A stretch of DNA of 64,000 nucleotides from Candidatus Bathyarchaeota archaeon (GCA_963780185.1 CAWABA010000001.1:64001-128000); one strand, 5' to 3'; counted from the first letter of the stretch, positions 8,123 to 19,469 are shown. Program-made: numbers and translations. The notes: generated by a model not told the origin, from the letters alone.

Positions 8123-10762
8123 TTACTGTGGCGCTGTTGCAGCAGCCGATGTTTCTTGAGTTTTCTTTCTGTTTGCATAGCTTGCCCCAAAGAGTGCGAT
8201 GAGGGCGACGGCGGCGATAACGGCGACTACTATTACTATGTCGTGTCCCATGGCAACGTTGTCTGTCGACGCAGGGGCAGACGCTTGGGCGCTGAAGCCT
8301 TCGGAGAAGCAGTAAATGTTCCAGTCGTTGCATCCGATGTACAGCATGCCGTCAGCTATGGTTGGCGAGGACCAGCTGCTGGAGGGCGTGTAGCCAGTGG
8401 TGATTCTTTCGCCGTTTTTGGTTGTATCCAAGATGAGGATGTGGCGTTCGCTGGTTGCCAAATAGATTTTCCCGTCAGCGTAGGAAGGCGAAACGTAAAG
8501 TTCGTCGCCTGTGTAGGCGCTCCAAACCACGTGTCCGTTGGTTGCGTTGAGGCAAACTATGTTGAAGATGTCGAGGATGTAGAGGTTGCCGTCCACGTAA
8601 ATCGGGGAGGAAACGATGAATTCGGTGGCTCTGGTGTTGATGAAGCTCCATACAAGCTTGCCCGTCTGAGCGTTCACGGCGTAGTAAGCTCCGAAGTCAG
8701 AGGCTGCAAACACCATGCCTGCTGCAACTGAGGGAGAACCAAGCATCTCTGTGCCTCCGAGGAACGAGTGCAAATAAGGAATCGTGAAGTTCCACATAAC
8801 CTGCCCCGAAGCTGCGTCCAGTTTGAAGAGCATTCCGGTTGACGGCTGCTGTGCAGTGAAGTAGACGGCGCCATCCGAGAAGGCTGGTGAGCCCTCGATT
8901 GGTCCGCCCGCAGGAGTCTTCCAAACCACCGCGCCCGTGTCCGCGTTCAACGCGTATAGGTTGCCGTCTAAGGAGCCGATGTAAACCATGCCAGCCGAAA
9001 CCACGGGTGAGGAGGTCAGCATCAAGTTGGCGTATGTGTAATGCAGGTTGCTGCCGACGTAGGTGTGCCAGTTGAGTGCGCCGTGGTCAGCGCTTAAGCA
9101 GTAAACGTAGCCGTCGTCACTTTCAACGTAAACCAAACCGTTTACAACAGCAGGAGAATCTTCAATCGAGCCTCCGGTAGCAAACTTCCAGATGAGCCTT
9201 CCGCTCAACGCATCAAGGGCATAAACGTTCTTGTCCTGTGAACCCGCATAAACCACTCCGTTGACAAGGGACGGCGAAGAAATAACTGACCCGTCGGTTG
9301 TAAACTTCCATGCCACCGTAAGGTTCGAAGGACCCACAGAGGCGGTGGAAGAATGCGATGCGTCAGCCCTAAACATCGTCCAATTGCTAACAACTGAGGA
9401 TTCAATCGGGATCAGCTGGGGCGTCGGCGTCGCCGTGGCAGCTGGGGTGGGGGTCGGAGAACTGGAAGGCGTCGACACCGGAGTGCCGCCGGATCCTATC
9501 GCCCACAGTTCGTCGTTTGTTGAGTACTCTGTTCCTGATGTTGTGTCAACGGCGGAGGTCACTTGGCCTGGGATGATGTACAAGTTTCCGTACGCAACTA
9601 TGGCGGATTCCCTTGGAGCCAGCGCTTCAATTGGAAGCGTCCAGATGACGTTGCCGTTATAGGCGTTTAAGCACGCGAATTGGGAAATTTGTGCGGGACC
9701 ATTGTATGCGGCATGTTGGCCTGTGGTAAGGTAGATTTTTCCGTCTGCAACGGTGGGCATTCCTGGCCACATGAAGTCGGTGTCTGGGCTTCTGTATTTC
9801 CATTGTAGGGCGCCGGTTTTTTCGTTCAAAGCGTACAGGTACCCGTCTTTGTTCATTTCGTAAACGGTTCCGTAGGCGATGGATGGTCCCGTTGTGAAGT
9901 ATCCGTTGGGGTCGGATGGTGGCGTGTATGTCCACATGATTTTGCCGTCGGCAGCGTTGAAGCAGTACATGGTGTTGTCGTCTGTTCCACCTCTGAAGAA
10001 GAAGCCGTCAGAGTAGGCGCCGTCAAAAATCATCGGTCCCTTCGTAAGCGTGTCCCAAACGATTGCACCCGTCGAGGCATTAAGCGCCAACTGCTGGTTT
10101 TCAAAGGAGCCTGCGAAAACTAAGCCGTCGCCGACTGTTGTTCCGATGCCTGCTTGGCCTCCACCTGGAATGTAGGCTGTCCATGCCACGGTGGGTGGTT
10201 TTGATGGGTCAGCGAAGTTCCAGGCGATGATGTAGGAGTTGTCTTTTACGTAGAACATTTTTGTTTCGGGGCTGTAGACGTTGGAGGTGAAGATTCCTGT
10301 GTCAGCGCAGAACGAGGTGCTGGTCCAAAGGATTTTGCCTGTGGATGGGTCAAGACAGCTGCCTTCCACCACCAAGTGGGAAGGATCGATTTCGTAGGCT
10401 ATTGGCCACGTCTTATTGAGCGGAATTATGGTGCTCCACGCAATTTGCCCAGCTTGGTTTACGGCGACAAGGGAGGTGTTGGTTCCGACGAAGATTAGTC
10501 CGTCGAAGGCTGTTAGGTCCGGTTGTATGCCGGGTATATTGGCTTTCCAAAGTACGCTGGAAGTGCTGGGGGCTGGTCCCGCTGAGTAACGGGTAAATGC
10601 TTCGTTTCCTTGGAATTGTGGCCAGTCATACTGATTCAAATTTGAATTTGTGCTGTTGCTTGCCTGAGCTTTCGCATTGATCTGCAAAGTTGAAATTGAC
10701 GCGAAAAATGACGAAGCAACAAGTACTGTGAGAATAGCTATAACTAAGATTTTTTTGAGAAT
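8123..10762 (-). CDS. Secreted, membrane-anchored double PQQ-like (BamB-type) beta-propeller protein
   Basis: WPQFQGN and WTMFRAD domain starts, many SSP.V..G.VY.GS.D..YAL.A.TG...W blades, P/T linker and C-terminal TM helix. The frame extends upstream of the ORF start (10687) through a signal peptide. Confidence 0.85.
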   Translation of the reverse strand: MLKKILVIAILTVLVASSFFASISTLQINAKAQASNSTNSNLNQYDWPQFQGNEAFTRYSAGPAPSTSSVLWKANIPGIQPDLTAFDGLIFVGTNTSLVAVNQAGQIAWSTIIPLNKTWPIAYEIDPSHLVVEGSCLDPSTGKILWTSTSFCADTGIFTSNVYSPETKMFYVKDNSYIIAWNFADPSKPPTVAWTAYIPGGGQAGIGTTVGDGLVFAGSFENQQLALNASTGAIVWDTLTKGPMIFDGAYSDGFFFRGGTDDNTMYCFNAADGKIMWTYTPPSDPNGYFTTGPSIAYGTVYEMNKDGYLYALNEKTGALQWKYRSPDTDFMWPGMPTVADGKIYLTTGQHAAYNGPAQISQFACLNAYNGNVIWTLPIEALAPRESAIVAYGNLYIIPGQVTSAVDTTSGTEYSTNDELWAIGSGGTPVSTPSSSPTPTPAATATPTPQLIPIESSVVSNWTMFRADASHSSTASVGPSNLTVAWKFTTDGSVISSPSLVNGVVYAGSQDKNVYALDALSGRLIWKFATGGSIEDSPAVVNGLVYVESDDGYVYCLSADHGALNWHTYVGSNLHYTYANLMLTSSPVVSAGMVYIGSLDGNLYALNADTGAVVWKTPAGGPIEGSPAFSDGAVYFTAQQPSTGMLFKLDAASGQVMWNFTIPYLHSFLGGTEMLGSPSVAAGMVFAASDFGAYYAVNAQTGKLVWSFINTRATEFIVSSPIYVDGNLYILDIFNIVCLNATNGHVVWSAYTGDELYVSPSYADGKIYLATSERHILILDTTKNGERITTGYTPSSSWSSPTIADGMLYIGCNDWNIYCFSEGFSAQASAPASTDNVAMGHDIVIVVAVIAAVALIALFGASYANRKKTQETSAAATAPQ

Positions 10763-10992
10763 TGATAGTACCCCCTAATACCAAACATTTGCACATCTCT
10801 AATTAAGAGATTGACGCCTTGCCACCAGTCACTTATTGACAGTTGATTTCACTATAAACCTTACGGAAACCCCCTGCTTGCGCCTCGTGGCATAAAAAAA
10901 GCAGGAAAATGCTGTTTTGGCGAAAAATGAAAACAAGTGAGCTACCGCACAATCTTTTTTAGGTTGAAAGGAAACCTTAACATAAATATTGA

Positions 10993-12090
10993 ATGGGCGA
11001 GAGGGTGGATTTTGGCTTGACGAATAAAGGTCCTTTACTTATGACTTCTTGGAGGGCAACAGGCGCATGTAACGCCCGCTGCAAATACTGCAACGTCGAC
11101 GCCAACGGCTCCAAAGCCCCCAGGGAACTCACAACTCAAGAAGCCTTCCACCTTGTGGATGAAGTGGCAAAGTTCGGCGTCCGCTGGTTCGGCATCAAAG
11201 GCGGCGAACCACTCACACGCCCAGACATCTTTGAAATCACCAAATACGCCAAAAGCAAAGGCCTAAACGTTTGCCTGCTCACCAACGGCGCCTTCGTCGA
11301 CGGCTCCATCTACGACAACCTCGTCAGAGACCAAATCTGGACCAGCGTCAGCATCGACGGACCTGAAGAAATCAACGATCAACTCCGCGGCAAAGGCAGC
11401 TACCGCAAGGCGTTGGCCGCCATCGAGAAACTCAGCAAGGGCAAAATCCTCAACGGCTTAGCCTGCGCCATAACCACCATAAACTACCAGCATCTTGACC
11501 ATGTCTGCGAGTTGGCGGAGAAGTACCACGCGAACTTCGTCTGGTTCAACCATCTTGTCCCCAGCGGGAGAGCCAAGGAAATGGCTGACCTTACCCCCTC
11601 GCCTGAACAGTATGAGTGGGTGCTCAACCACATTTGGGACCTCACCGAAAAATACGAGGGCAAATTCGAAATCCACGTTCACTGCCCCCACTTTGCCCGC
11701 GTCGTCAAAATGCGCGGCATCCCAAACTTCGATGAATGGTACGAGCACAAGTTCCACGGCAAATGCACCTACTTCGCTTTCGGCGGCTACGTTTCCGTCA
11801 CGGAGAACGGCGACCTCATCCCATGCTTCTACACGGACCTCACACCCACCGAGCACCAGCGGCTGGGCAACATCCGAAACAAATCGTTGCAGGATGCATG
11901 GAAAGATGTCAAAGCCTCACCGTTCTACAGCAGCTTCCAAGACCGCAACCTACTCAAGGGCAAATGCGGAGTATGCGAGTACCGTGAAATCTGCGGAGGA
12001 TGCAGAAACCGCGCGTACGCTTACACAGGCGACATGTACGCTGAGGACCCTGCATGCGTTTACATCCCTGAAAGCCTGCGCAAGAAGTAG
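10993..12090 (+). CDS. Radical SAM/SPASM protein, AhbD/NirJ-like
   Basis: CNARCKYC, GGEPL, SIDG; C-terminal GKCGVCEYREICGGCRNRAY...DPAC SPASM cysteines. Confidence 0.85.
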   Translation: MGERVDFGLTNKGPLLMTSWRATGACNARCKYCNVDANGSKAPRELTTQEAFHLVDEVAKFGVRWFGIKGGEPLTRPDIFEITKYAKSKGLNVCLLTNGAFVDGSIYDNLVRDQIWTSVSIDGPEEINDQLRGKGSYRKALAAIEKLSKGKILNGLACAITTINYQHLDHVCELAEKYHANFVWFNHLVPSGRAKEMADLTPSPEQYEWVLNHIWDLTEKYEGKFEIHVHCPHFARVVKMRGIPNFDEWYEHKFHGKCTYFAFGGYVSVTENGDLIPCFYTDLTPTEHQRLGNIRNKSLQDAWKDVKASPFYSSFQDRNLLKGKCGVCEYREICGGCRNRAYAYTGDMYAEDPACVYIPESLRKK

Positions 12091-12159
12091 CCCCGACTTT
12101 TCCATCTTTTAAGAGAAAACCTCTTTATTCCTTAAGACCCGAGTTAGATAAGAGCAGAA

Positions 12160-14437
12160 ATGAAAGCAGCCGCCTTTGTGTTCTGACTGTGCTGTTTTTG
12201 GCTTCAGCCATTTTGGCAAGCGTTGCCTCCGCAGAACAGCCCAGCGGCAGGTGCGTGGCCAATGTTTCACGGTGACCTCAACGCATTCGGGCGCTTCAAA
12301 TTCTCAGGCGTCCGAAGACGAACCAGACTCTGTGGAAATTTAATACGGGCGGTCAAGTGGATTCGCCCACTGTTGTCGGCGGCGTGGTTTACGTTGGCTC
12401 ATTTGACCACAAAATCTACGCTTTTAACGCTTCCAACGGCAGCGGAATTGTGGGGTTCACTTACGGGCGGAATCGTGATTTCTCGTCCCGCGGTTGTAGA
12501 CGGCGTGGTTTACGTGGGTTCAGAGGACCATAACCTCTACGCCTTGGACGCTCGAAACGGCGTTCAACTGTGGAATTACACCGCGGGATACTATGTTGAT
12601 TGCGACCCCGCTGTCGCCAACGGGGTAGTTTACTTTGGCTCCGAAGACCACAACGTCTACGCCGTCAACGCCGCAACAGGCGCTTACATATGGAACTACA
12701 CGACTGGAAACAAAATCATGATGTCCTCCCCCACAGTTAGCAACGGAATAGTTTACATCGGCTCAGAAGACAACAAAATCTACGCCCTAAACGCATCCAA
12801 CGGCGCCTTAATTTGGAGTTACACAACAGGCGGCCAAGTGGCTTCTTCTCCAGCCGTCAGCAACGGCGTAGTGTACGTGGGCTCACGACGATGGCACCCT
12901 TTACGCGTTAAATGCTGACAGCGGCAAATCAATCTGGAACTTCACAACTGGAGCAGCCATCTACTCTTCCCCCTGCGTAGGCAACGGATTAGTCTACGTG
13001 GGTTCAACAGACACCAAAGTTTACGCATTAAATGCCGCAAACGGAAAATCCGTTTGGAAATTCGCAACGGGCGCGGCAGTAGCTTCTTCTCCAACCTTTG
13101 ACGGCGGCGTGGTTTACGTCGGGTCAGAAAACAGCATAGTTTACGCCTTTGACGCTTCAAACGGCGGTTTGCTTGTGGAACTACACGACTGGGGACATGG
13201 TTATTTCCCATCCTGCAGTGGCTCAAGGCGTGGTTTATGTTGGCGGTTGGGACGGCAAACTTTACGCCTTAAACGCTGCAGACGGCAAGCTATGTTTGGA
13301 GTTTTGCGACTGGCGGCGAGATTGATTCTTCCCCGACCGTGTCTGGCGGCTTAGTGTATGTTGGTTCCCATGACGGCACAGTGTACGCTTTGAATGCTTC
13401 CACGGGAATGGTTGGCTACAACTTGGAGATGCATAACAACGTTGTTTGGAGCTACACGACCGAGGGCATGATTATGTTTTCTTCGCCGCGGTTGCCGACG
13501 GCAAAGTTTACGTGGGCTCCTACGACGACAACGTTTACGCTTTGAACGCTTTGACAGGCGCTTTGATTTGGAGCTTCAAAACGGGTGACTCAGTGGTTTC
13601 TTCGCCTGCAGTGGAAAACGGCGTGGTCTATGTTGGCTCGGAAGACCATAAAATCTACGCTTTAAACGCCTCCGACGGCAAGCTTGATATGGCAGTTCAC
13701 CACTGGCGGCCAGATAACGGTGTCTTCTCCCGCAGTCTACGACGGCAAAGTCTACATTGGCTCAAACGACGAAAACGTCTACTGCCTTAAACGCTTCAAA
13801 CGGAACCCTCATGTGGAAGTACGCGACAGACGGCTACGTGGTTTCTTCCCCTGCCGTGGCAAACGGGCATGGTTTACGTGGGCTCATACGACCACAAAAT
13901 TTACGCTTTAAACGCCTTAAGCGGCAAGCTTGTTTGGAAATATGCCACAGGCGGAGGCGTTGCATCGTCGCCTGCATTAGCCGACGGCTTAGTCTACGTT
14001 GGCTCGGCAGATGACAAGGTTTATGCTTTGGATGCATCCGACGGCAAAGCTCATGTGGAGCTACATAACGGGCGGGCAAGTTGCGTCTTCGCCTGCTGTT
14101 TCAAACGGAATTGTTTACGTCGGCTCATACGACGGCAACGTTTATGCTCTTAACGCCAAAACAGGCGCATAAATCTGGAGCTACGCAACTGGAGAGGAAT
14201 GGTGGTTTCTTCGCCAGCCATGGCCGACAACGCCGTTTACGTTGGCTCATACAACAACATGCTCTATGCCTTCGGCTCACTCATTCAACCACAACATCGG
14301 TTCAAACGGCATACGCAGCTGAACAATTTGCTGTCGTTGCAGTGGTTTTAGCGGCGATTGTCACTGCCGCAACGCTGGTTGCTACCAGATTTCTCAAGAA
14401 AAAAGGAAAAAAATTCACAGCGTCATGTTTTGAGTGA
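12160..14437 (+). CDS. PQQ-like beta-propeller repeat surface protein, heavily frameshifted
   Basis: Signal-like start at ATG 12160, WPMFHGD, many tandem SSPAV.NG.VYVGS.D.KIYALNA blades scattered over all three + frames, and C-terminal TM plus KKKGKK. Confidence 0.75.
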
Positions 14438-14451
14438 GAATGCATGAAGGT

Positions 14452-15194
14452 CTATTTTTCGACGAGTTCAGCTTTGGTTATGTCGAGAACCGCGAAGCCT
14501 TTCCTTTTCACCTTGCGGCTTTGAACGATTTTGAGGCGCTTCTTAAACAACGGGGCATCGGTGACAAGCGTGTGGAACTCGATATTGCTTACCGCCGTTC
14601 CCGTTTCCTTGCTTTTGCTGCGAATCGCCGCCAAAAAGTCGGCATCCACTTTTCGCCCAAGCCAGTCTTCACTCAAAAAGTCAGTGTCAACAACGATTAA
14701 CGTTGCTTCAAACCCGCTCTGGGTGAAAGCCTCGATGTTCGCGTCTTCGCCGATGCCTTTGAGCGGAAAAATCATCTTCACCTTTAGCTCTTCACAGATT
14801 GGGGTAAGCATCGACATGTGGACTGCCGCTTGGTCTTCTTCGGCGCCCCACGCAATTCCCTCAACAGGCGGATTCAGGCTGCTAACCGTCGCCTTGAACT
14901 GGTCAACAAACCCCATCATCGAAACTTCAGGCTGAACAATCGGCAAACCCAACGCCTTCGCCTGCAACGCGATGATTTCCGGGTTAACTTCATGCGGAAC
15001 ATCCTTGTAGGGCTTCATCCTCGACAGCTTCATCAGAACCGAACCCGCCAAACTTTTGATTCTGTTAGGTTTGGGATGCGGAGGTTCTTTGAATATGAAG
15101 TTTATGAGTGTAGTAACGTTGTTTCCTTCCGAAATGGCGCCTGAGCAAGCTAAGTAGCTGTCTTTGCCGCCAGTCCACATTGAGGCAACTCGCA
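14452..15194 (-). CDS. Dph6-like (diphthine-ammonia ligase family) PP-loop ATPase, paralog 1
   Basis: VASMWTGGKDS PP-loop, QAKALGLP, WLGRKVD, EFHTLVTDAPLFKKRL. Confidence 0.8.
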
Positions 15195-15382
15195 AAATCT
15201 TCCCCGCAAAAAGCGTCAACCCCACCTTATAAAAACGTAACGGTGGAAGGGTATTTTTAAATAAAAATACTGAAATTCTCAATATTAAATTGGGTTTAAA
15301 AGAAAATGAACGTTAGAACGTTGAGACATTGAGACTAAACTTAGCTTCATAATCTTAAGGAATCTTGGCATTTTTCAGTCGT

Positions 15383-15985
15383 TCAGTCTTTTTGTTCCTT
15401 TTTTGAATCGCAGTTCCAATCAAACCGCTTCTCAAAATTAGACCGTAAATTCTTATCATCTTTAAGCTGTTTAACATAAGTCTCAAAATGCTTTTTTAAT
15501 TCCAAAACAAGCGTATGAGGGTTAACAATAAGTCTTTCCCCTTCTTCAGTTGGAGATATAGGTGGGAAACCTTCACCCAAAAGCATAATGTCGCTTTCAG
15601 TTAAGCCATGATGGTAAAGACCGCACCTAACATTATAATACATCTTTTCAGGAATCCAAGGATACTGTTTACATAATTCTGGGAAAACCATCTTTAATCC
15701 TTCAGCAAAATATTTGCGTGCTCCGCCAATCTTACAAGATCCATCTCTGTACTTGGCAATCATTTCAAAATAACTCATGAGTATGTCTAAAGTGGCATAA
15801 CCTGAGCCTACAATCTGCACTATTATAATTGTTCCATTATTTATTTTTACACCGTTAATAACCATATCCGCAATATCCAATTGCCATCCAGTAACTCTTT
15901 CATAAAAGATTTGTATTTTATTATCAAGTGTAAGCGCCTCTGGGAAATCGCTCCTTTTATGAAACGGTGTTATCATGTAATCCAA
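15383..15985 (-). CDS. Hypothetical AT-rich protein with HEPN-like Rx4H motif
   Basis: All-helical-looking 200 aa ORF containing YYNVRCGLYHHG. Confidence 0.55.
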   Translation of the reverse strand: MDYMITPFHKRSDFPEALTLDNKIQIFYERVTGWQLDIADMVINGVKINNGTIIIVQIVGSGYATLDILMSYFEMIAKYRDGSCKIGGARKYFAEGLKMVFPELCKQYPWIPEKMYYNVRCGLYHHGLTESDIMLLGEGFPPISPTEEGERLIVNPHTLVLELKKHFETYVKQLKDDKNLRSNFEKRFDWNCDSKKEQKD

Positions 15986-16091
15986 TATTATCCCATAGCA
16001 CCAAATTCATTGTTTGCAGATTTAAGACTTATCTCTAAGTTTCTAACCCTTGATTTAATCAATTGATTAATAGGAATTCGTGGAATGATTT

Positions 16092-16385
16092 TTAGGCATT
16101 TAAGATTCTTGCAACCTCTTCTGCTGGGATTGTTCTCACTGTCTCGTTTGTGATTGCGTTTTTGACATATACCAACCCATAAAGTGAAATATGCTTAGAT
16201 TGAGACTTTTGAAGACGGAAACCTGTTGGTAGATTCAATCTTTTTCTAAGTTCTTTCAAGTTAGGGTCAGTTGAGCCACGTTTACTTTTGGTGAAAAGGG
16301 TTATGTGCTTCTTTGCGGCGACTGCCGCTAATCTAAGTCTACCATCTGGCGGAAGTTTTATTTCACAGGTAGGCTCTTTTTTCAC
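16092..16385 (-). CDS. Small basic hypothetical protein
   Basis: 97 aa K/R-rich ORF co-oriented with neighbours in the AT-rich island. Confidence 0.45.
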   Translation of the reverse strand: MKKEPTCEIKLPPDGRLRLAAVAAKKHITLFTKSKRGSTDPNLKELRKRLNLPTGFRLQKSQSKHISLYGLVYVKNAITNETVRTIPAEEVARILNA

Positions 16386-16437
16386 ACCAAATCCCTTCTG
16401 ATAATTTCATTATTGTATGCGATTCAGTTTTAAGCTT

Positions 16438-16842
16438 TTACTGCTTGATTATATTACCGAAATTGAGGTTTTTGGGAAATGTTATTTTTATGCCTTCTTT
16501 TTGGTTGAAATCAAACCTTATAGAATTTACAATACTACAAAAAAACTCTAAGTCTCTAACGATGTAAATCCAGTCATTTGAGAGCTCTTTGGTTAGGGTG
16601 TGGTATAGATTCATTTTATTTTGCAATGTTATTGAGAATTTAACCACTTTATCCAAGTCATAATTCTTAGAATCAGAATAAGAAGCGATTGTATTAACCA
16701 ACTGCAAAATAGTTTGAATATTTTCCTTTATCACCAAAGAATTCTTTGGGTCATTCTCTAACCTGAGAATTTGCAGAGTTGCCCCACATATCAACTCTTT
16801 ATCCTTAACAAGCATCAAGCGTTCTGTTTCGGAAATCTGCAT
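16438..16842 (-). CDS. Hypothetical protein
   Basis: 134 aa ATG-start ORF in the AT-rich island; no recognised motif. Confidence 0.5.
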   Translation of the reverse strand: MQISETERLMLVKDKELICGATLQILRLENDPKNSLVIKENIQTILQLVNTIASYSDSKNYDLDKVVKFSITLQNKMNLYHTLTKELSNDWIYIVRDLEFFCSIVNSIRFDFNQKEGIKITFPKNLNFGNIIKQ

Positions 16843-16878
16843 AGCGGTATCTTTACAGTTTCAACCTTTTAGTTTTTG

Positions 16879-17613
16879 CTATTTCTTATTTTTGTCTTTT
16901 AATCGGTTTCCCTCTTCATGCAGTTGCATTAGCTTTTTCAGCGTTTGAGTCTTAAAATCAGGCTCAATGATTTCGGCAAAATTGACTATTAATAGGTTTA
17001 TTAACGAAAATTCAACATGTGGATAAAATGCAATTCTTGCAATAGATGGTTTGAATTCTGGTTTATGAGCCACATGAAGGCTACTATTTGAAAGGTCAAC
17101 TGCCATTAAAGAACTAATTGATTTAAAATCAGAATGAACGTAACCACAAAGTATTCTATACGCTTCTAAAAATTGTTCGTAATTTCCAATAGCGTTAAGT
17201 TCTTTCTTTATGGTATGAATTTTTAGTTCTCCCTTAAGCCATTTTAAGGCGTTCTCATTGGCTATTTGTTTGTCTTCACATAATACAACATACATTATAA
17301 CGCATAAATTTTCAAACAAGCTTCTTTGAATTATTTCTGTGTCATAATAATAACCTTTCATGTCTAAATCAAAACAAGCTTTCAAAGTCATTATTGCCCT
17401 TGAACTTAACATTAAAACAACCGAGTCTCTATAATCAAAAATTATTTCTCGGGTTATCGATTGATTACCTATATGCTCATTTAAACTATACAATAACTCG
17501 TAAGTCTCAATATGATTTCTTATTTGGTCTCCAAACAATGCCTTAGATTTTTCAATATTTTCTTTCTCTGCTTCAGATATTTCCCCAAAAGGTGTTGGGC
17601 TTTTGCTCAGCAT
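16879..17613 (-). CDS. DUF5677-like (HEPN-related) protein
   Basis: IIQRSLFEN and AYRILCGYVHSD match the R..(F/Y)E and Y..L...VH pattern of this family. Confidence 0.6.
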   Translation of the reverse strand: MLSKSPTPFGEISEAEKENIEKSKALFGDQIRNHIETYELLYSLNEHIGNQSITREIIFDYRDSVVLMLSSRAIMTLKACFDLDMKGYYYDTEIIQRSLFENLCVIMYVVLCEDKQIANENALKWLKGELKIHTIKKELNAIGNYEQFLEAYRILCGYVHSDFKSISSLMAVDLSNSSLHVAHKPEFKPSIARIAFYPHVEFSLINLLIVNFAEIIEPDFKTQTLKKLMQLHEEGNRLKDKNKK

Positions 17614-18062
17614 GCTCTCAGTATTCTATCACTTTGCATTTAGTTTTTGCTATCAAGAAAGAAACTTGGCTTAATCTTATGGAGATGAGAAAGACCTAAC
17701 TCAGAAACATCTATCTTTCCTTTAACCACTTAACCAACCTATGAGATTCTCGTTTATTGTCTGATTGTTCAAGGGGCGATCTATCTTCGGCACTATGCTT
17801 GAAGCCAACAATGAGATATTTCATGCGTTATAGAATATTCTATAGCTTCTTTAGCTAATATTGCCCGATAGGCGGGTGAAGCATATACGGAAAGCATCTA
17901 CAGTGAAAAGTGGGTTAACGGTAAGCGGTTGAAGATGCTCAACTTTCTTTCTTCAAGCTATCTTCCGCCTTTAGCAAAAGGTTAAAATCCCAAAAATAAT
18001 ATGCTTAAGAACTGTAACCTCGGCAGAATGACTAATCATTCTACTTGCGCAGCCAAACGTGT

Positions 18063-19469
18063 ATGTTGATGACGACATCTAAAACGAAAATTGCTTTAGT
18101 TAATACACCGCTCCTCGAAGGGGCAGGTGACCACCCGCTTTTCGCGCCGCTTGGCTTAGCGTACATGGCGGCTGTGCTGGAGCAGAACAATTTTGAGGTA
18201 AAAGTCTTCGACTGCCCCATATACGGCATCGACCACGAGAGCTTAAAGAAGGAACTAAGCGTTTACCAACCCACCGTAGTCGGTGTGGGCGCAATGACGC
18301 AGACGTTTGAGTCAGCCCTCAAAACCGCTTACGCCGCAAAAGAAGCCTGCCCAGACGCCAAAATCGTTATGGGCGGACCACACGCAACCTTCCAAGACAG
18401 GGAAATCCTCGCACAGGAAGCCGTGGTTGACATTATCGTAAGAGGCGAAGGCGAAGAAACCCTTCTGGAACTTGCAAAGCAGCCTCAGTTGCAAAATATC
18501 GGCGACATCAAAGGGATAACTTACCGAAAAGACAACCAAATCGTGCAGACACCCACTCGACCCTTCATCCAAAACCTAGACGCTCTTCCACGCCCAGACT
18601 ACAAACAGATTCCAATCGAAAAATACCGAATAAACGGAAAAAGGATACTGCCGATAATCTCAAGCAGGGGATGCCCGTTCCAATGCAGCTTCTGCGTAGC
18701 CTCCGAAATGTTCGGCAGAACCTTCCGCGCAAGAAGCGCTGGCAACGTCCTCGACGAGATTGTGTGGCTTAAAAACGAGTATGGAGCAGAAGGAATCCAG
18801 TTTCAAGACGACACGTTTTCCTTCGACAAGAAAAGAGCCATTGACATCTGCGACGGAATGATTGAGCGCAAAGTAAACTTGAAGTGGGGCTGCGGAACCC
18901 GAGCAGACGTCACCACAAAGGAGCTGCTGGCTAAGATGCATAAGGCTGGCTGCGACGAAATCTGCTTCGGTGTCGAGTCAGGTTGCCAAAGAATCCGGGA
19001 TTCGCTGAAAAAGAAGGTCACTACTGAGCAGTGCGAAAACGCCATTAAATGGTCGAAGGAAACAGGCATATTCACAACCGTTTCAATCATCCTCGGGTAC
19101 CCGGGCGAAACAAGGGAAACCGTCCAGGAAAGCCTTGACTTTGTCCGAAAAGTTGAGCCAGACAGCGTATGGCTAAACATTCCCACGCCCTACCCCGGCA
19201 CAGAGCTACGTGCGCTGGTGCAGAGCAAGGGCTGGAAGATGACTAACGACTGGAACCGCTACAACACCATGAACGCCATCTTCGAAGACCCTGACCTGCC
19301 AGCGGAAGAAGTACTCAAGGCAAGAATGGAGTTCTACAACAAATTCTACTCGGTCAAGTACTTCATGCGCCAAGCCGTGAAGGGCTATTTGCGCGGCAGC
19401 GTCTACAGCAAAATCATGGCAAGAACAGCCGCGGGCTACATACTCATGCGAACCAGAAGCAAAGTCTAA
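18063..19469 (+). CDS. Cobalamin-dependent radical SAM enzyme (#2)
   Basis: PLGLAYMAA, GGPHAT, RGEGE, SRGCPFQCSFC, FGVESG, TPYPGT. Confidence 0.9.
   Translation: MLMTTSKTKIALVNTPLLEGAGDHPLFAPLGLAYMAAVLEQNNFEVKVFDCPIYGIDHESLKKELSVYQPTVVGVGAMTQTFESALKTAYAAKEACPDAKIVMGGPHATFQDREILAQEAVVDIIVRGEGEETLLELAKQPQLQNIGDIKGITYRKDNQIVQTPTRPFIQNLDALPRPDYKQIPIEKYRINGKRILPIISSRGCPFQCSFCVASEMFGRTFRARSAGNVLDEIVWLKNEYGAEGIQFQDDTFSFDKKRAIDICDGMIERKVNLKWGCGTRADVTTKELLAKMHKAGCDEICFGVESGCQRIRDSLKKKVTTEQCENAIKWSKETGIFTTVSIILGYPGETRETVQESLDFVRKVEPDSVWLNIPTPYPGTELRALVQSKGWKMTNDWNRYNTMNAIFEDPDLPAEEVLKARMEFYNKFYSVKYFMRQAVKGYLRGSVYSKIMARTAAGYILMRTRSKV

Noticed and set aside
8123-14437. PQQ biosynthesis/dehydrogenase locus (PQQ-repeat genes flanking a PqqE-like rSAM)
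   Set aside because: No pqqA/B/C/D is visible, and the repeats look like generic BamB-type propeller blades on membrane-anchored proteins.
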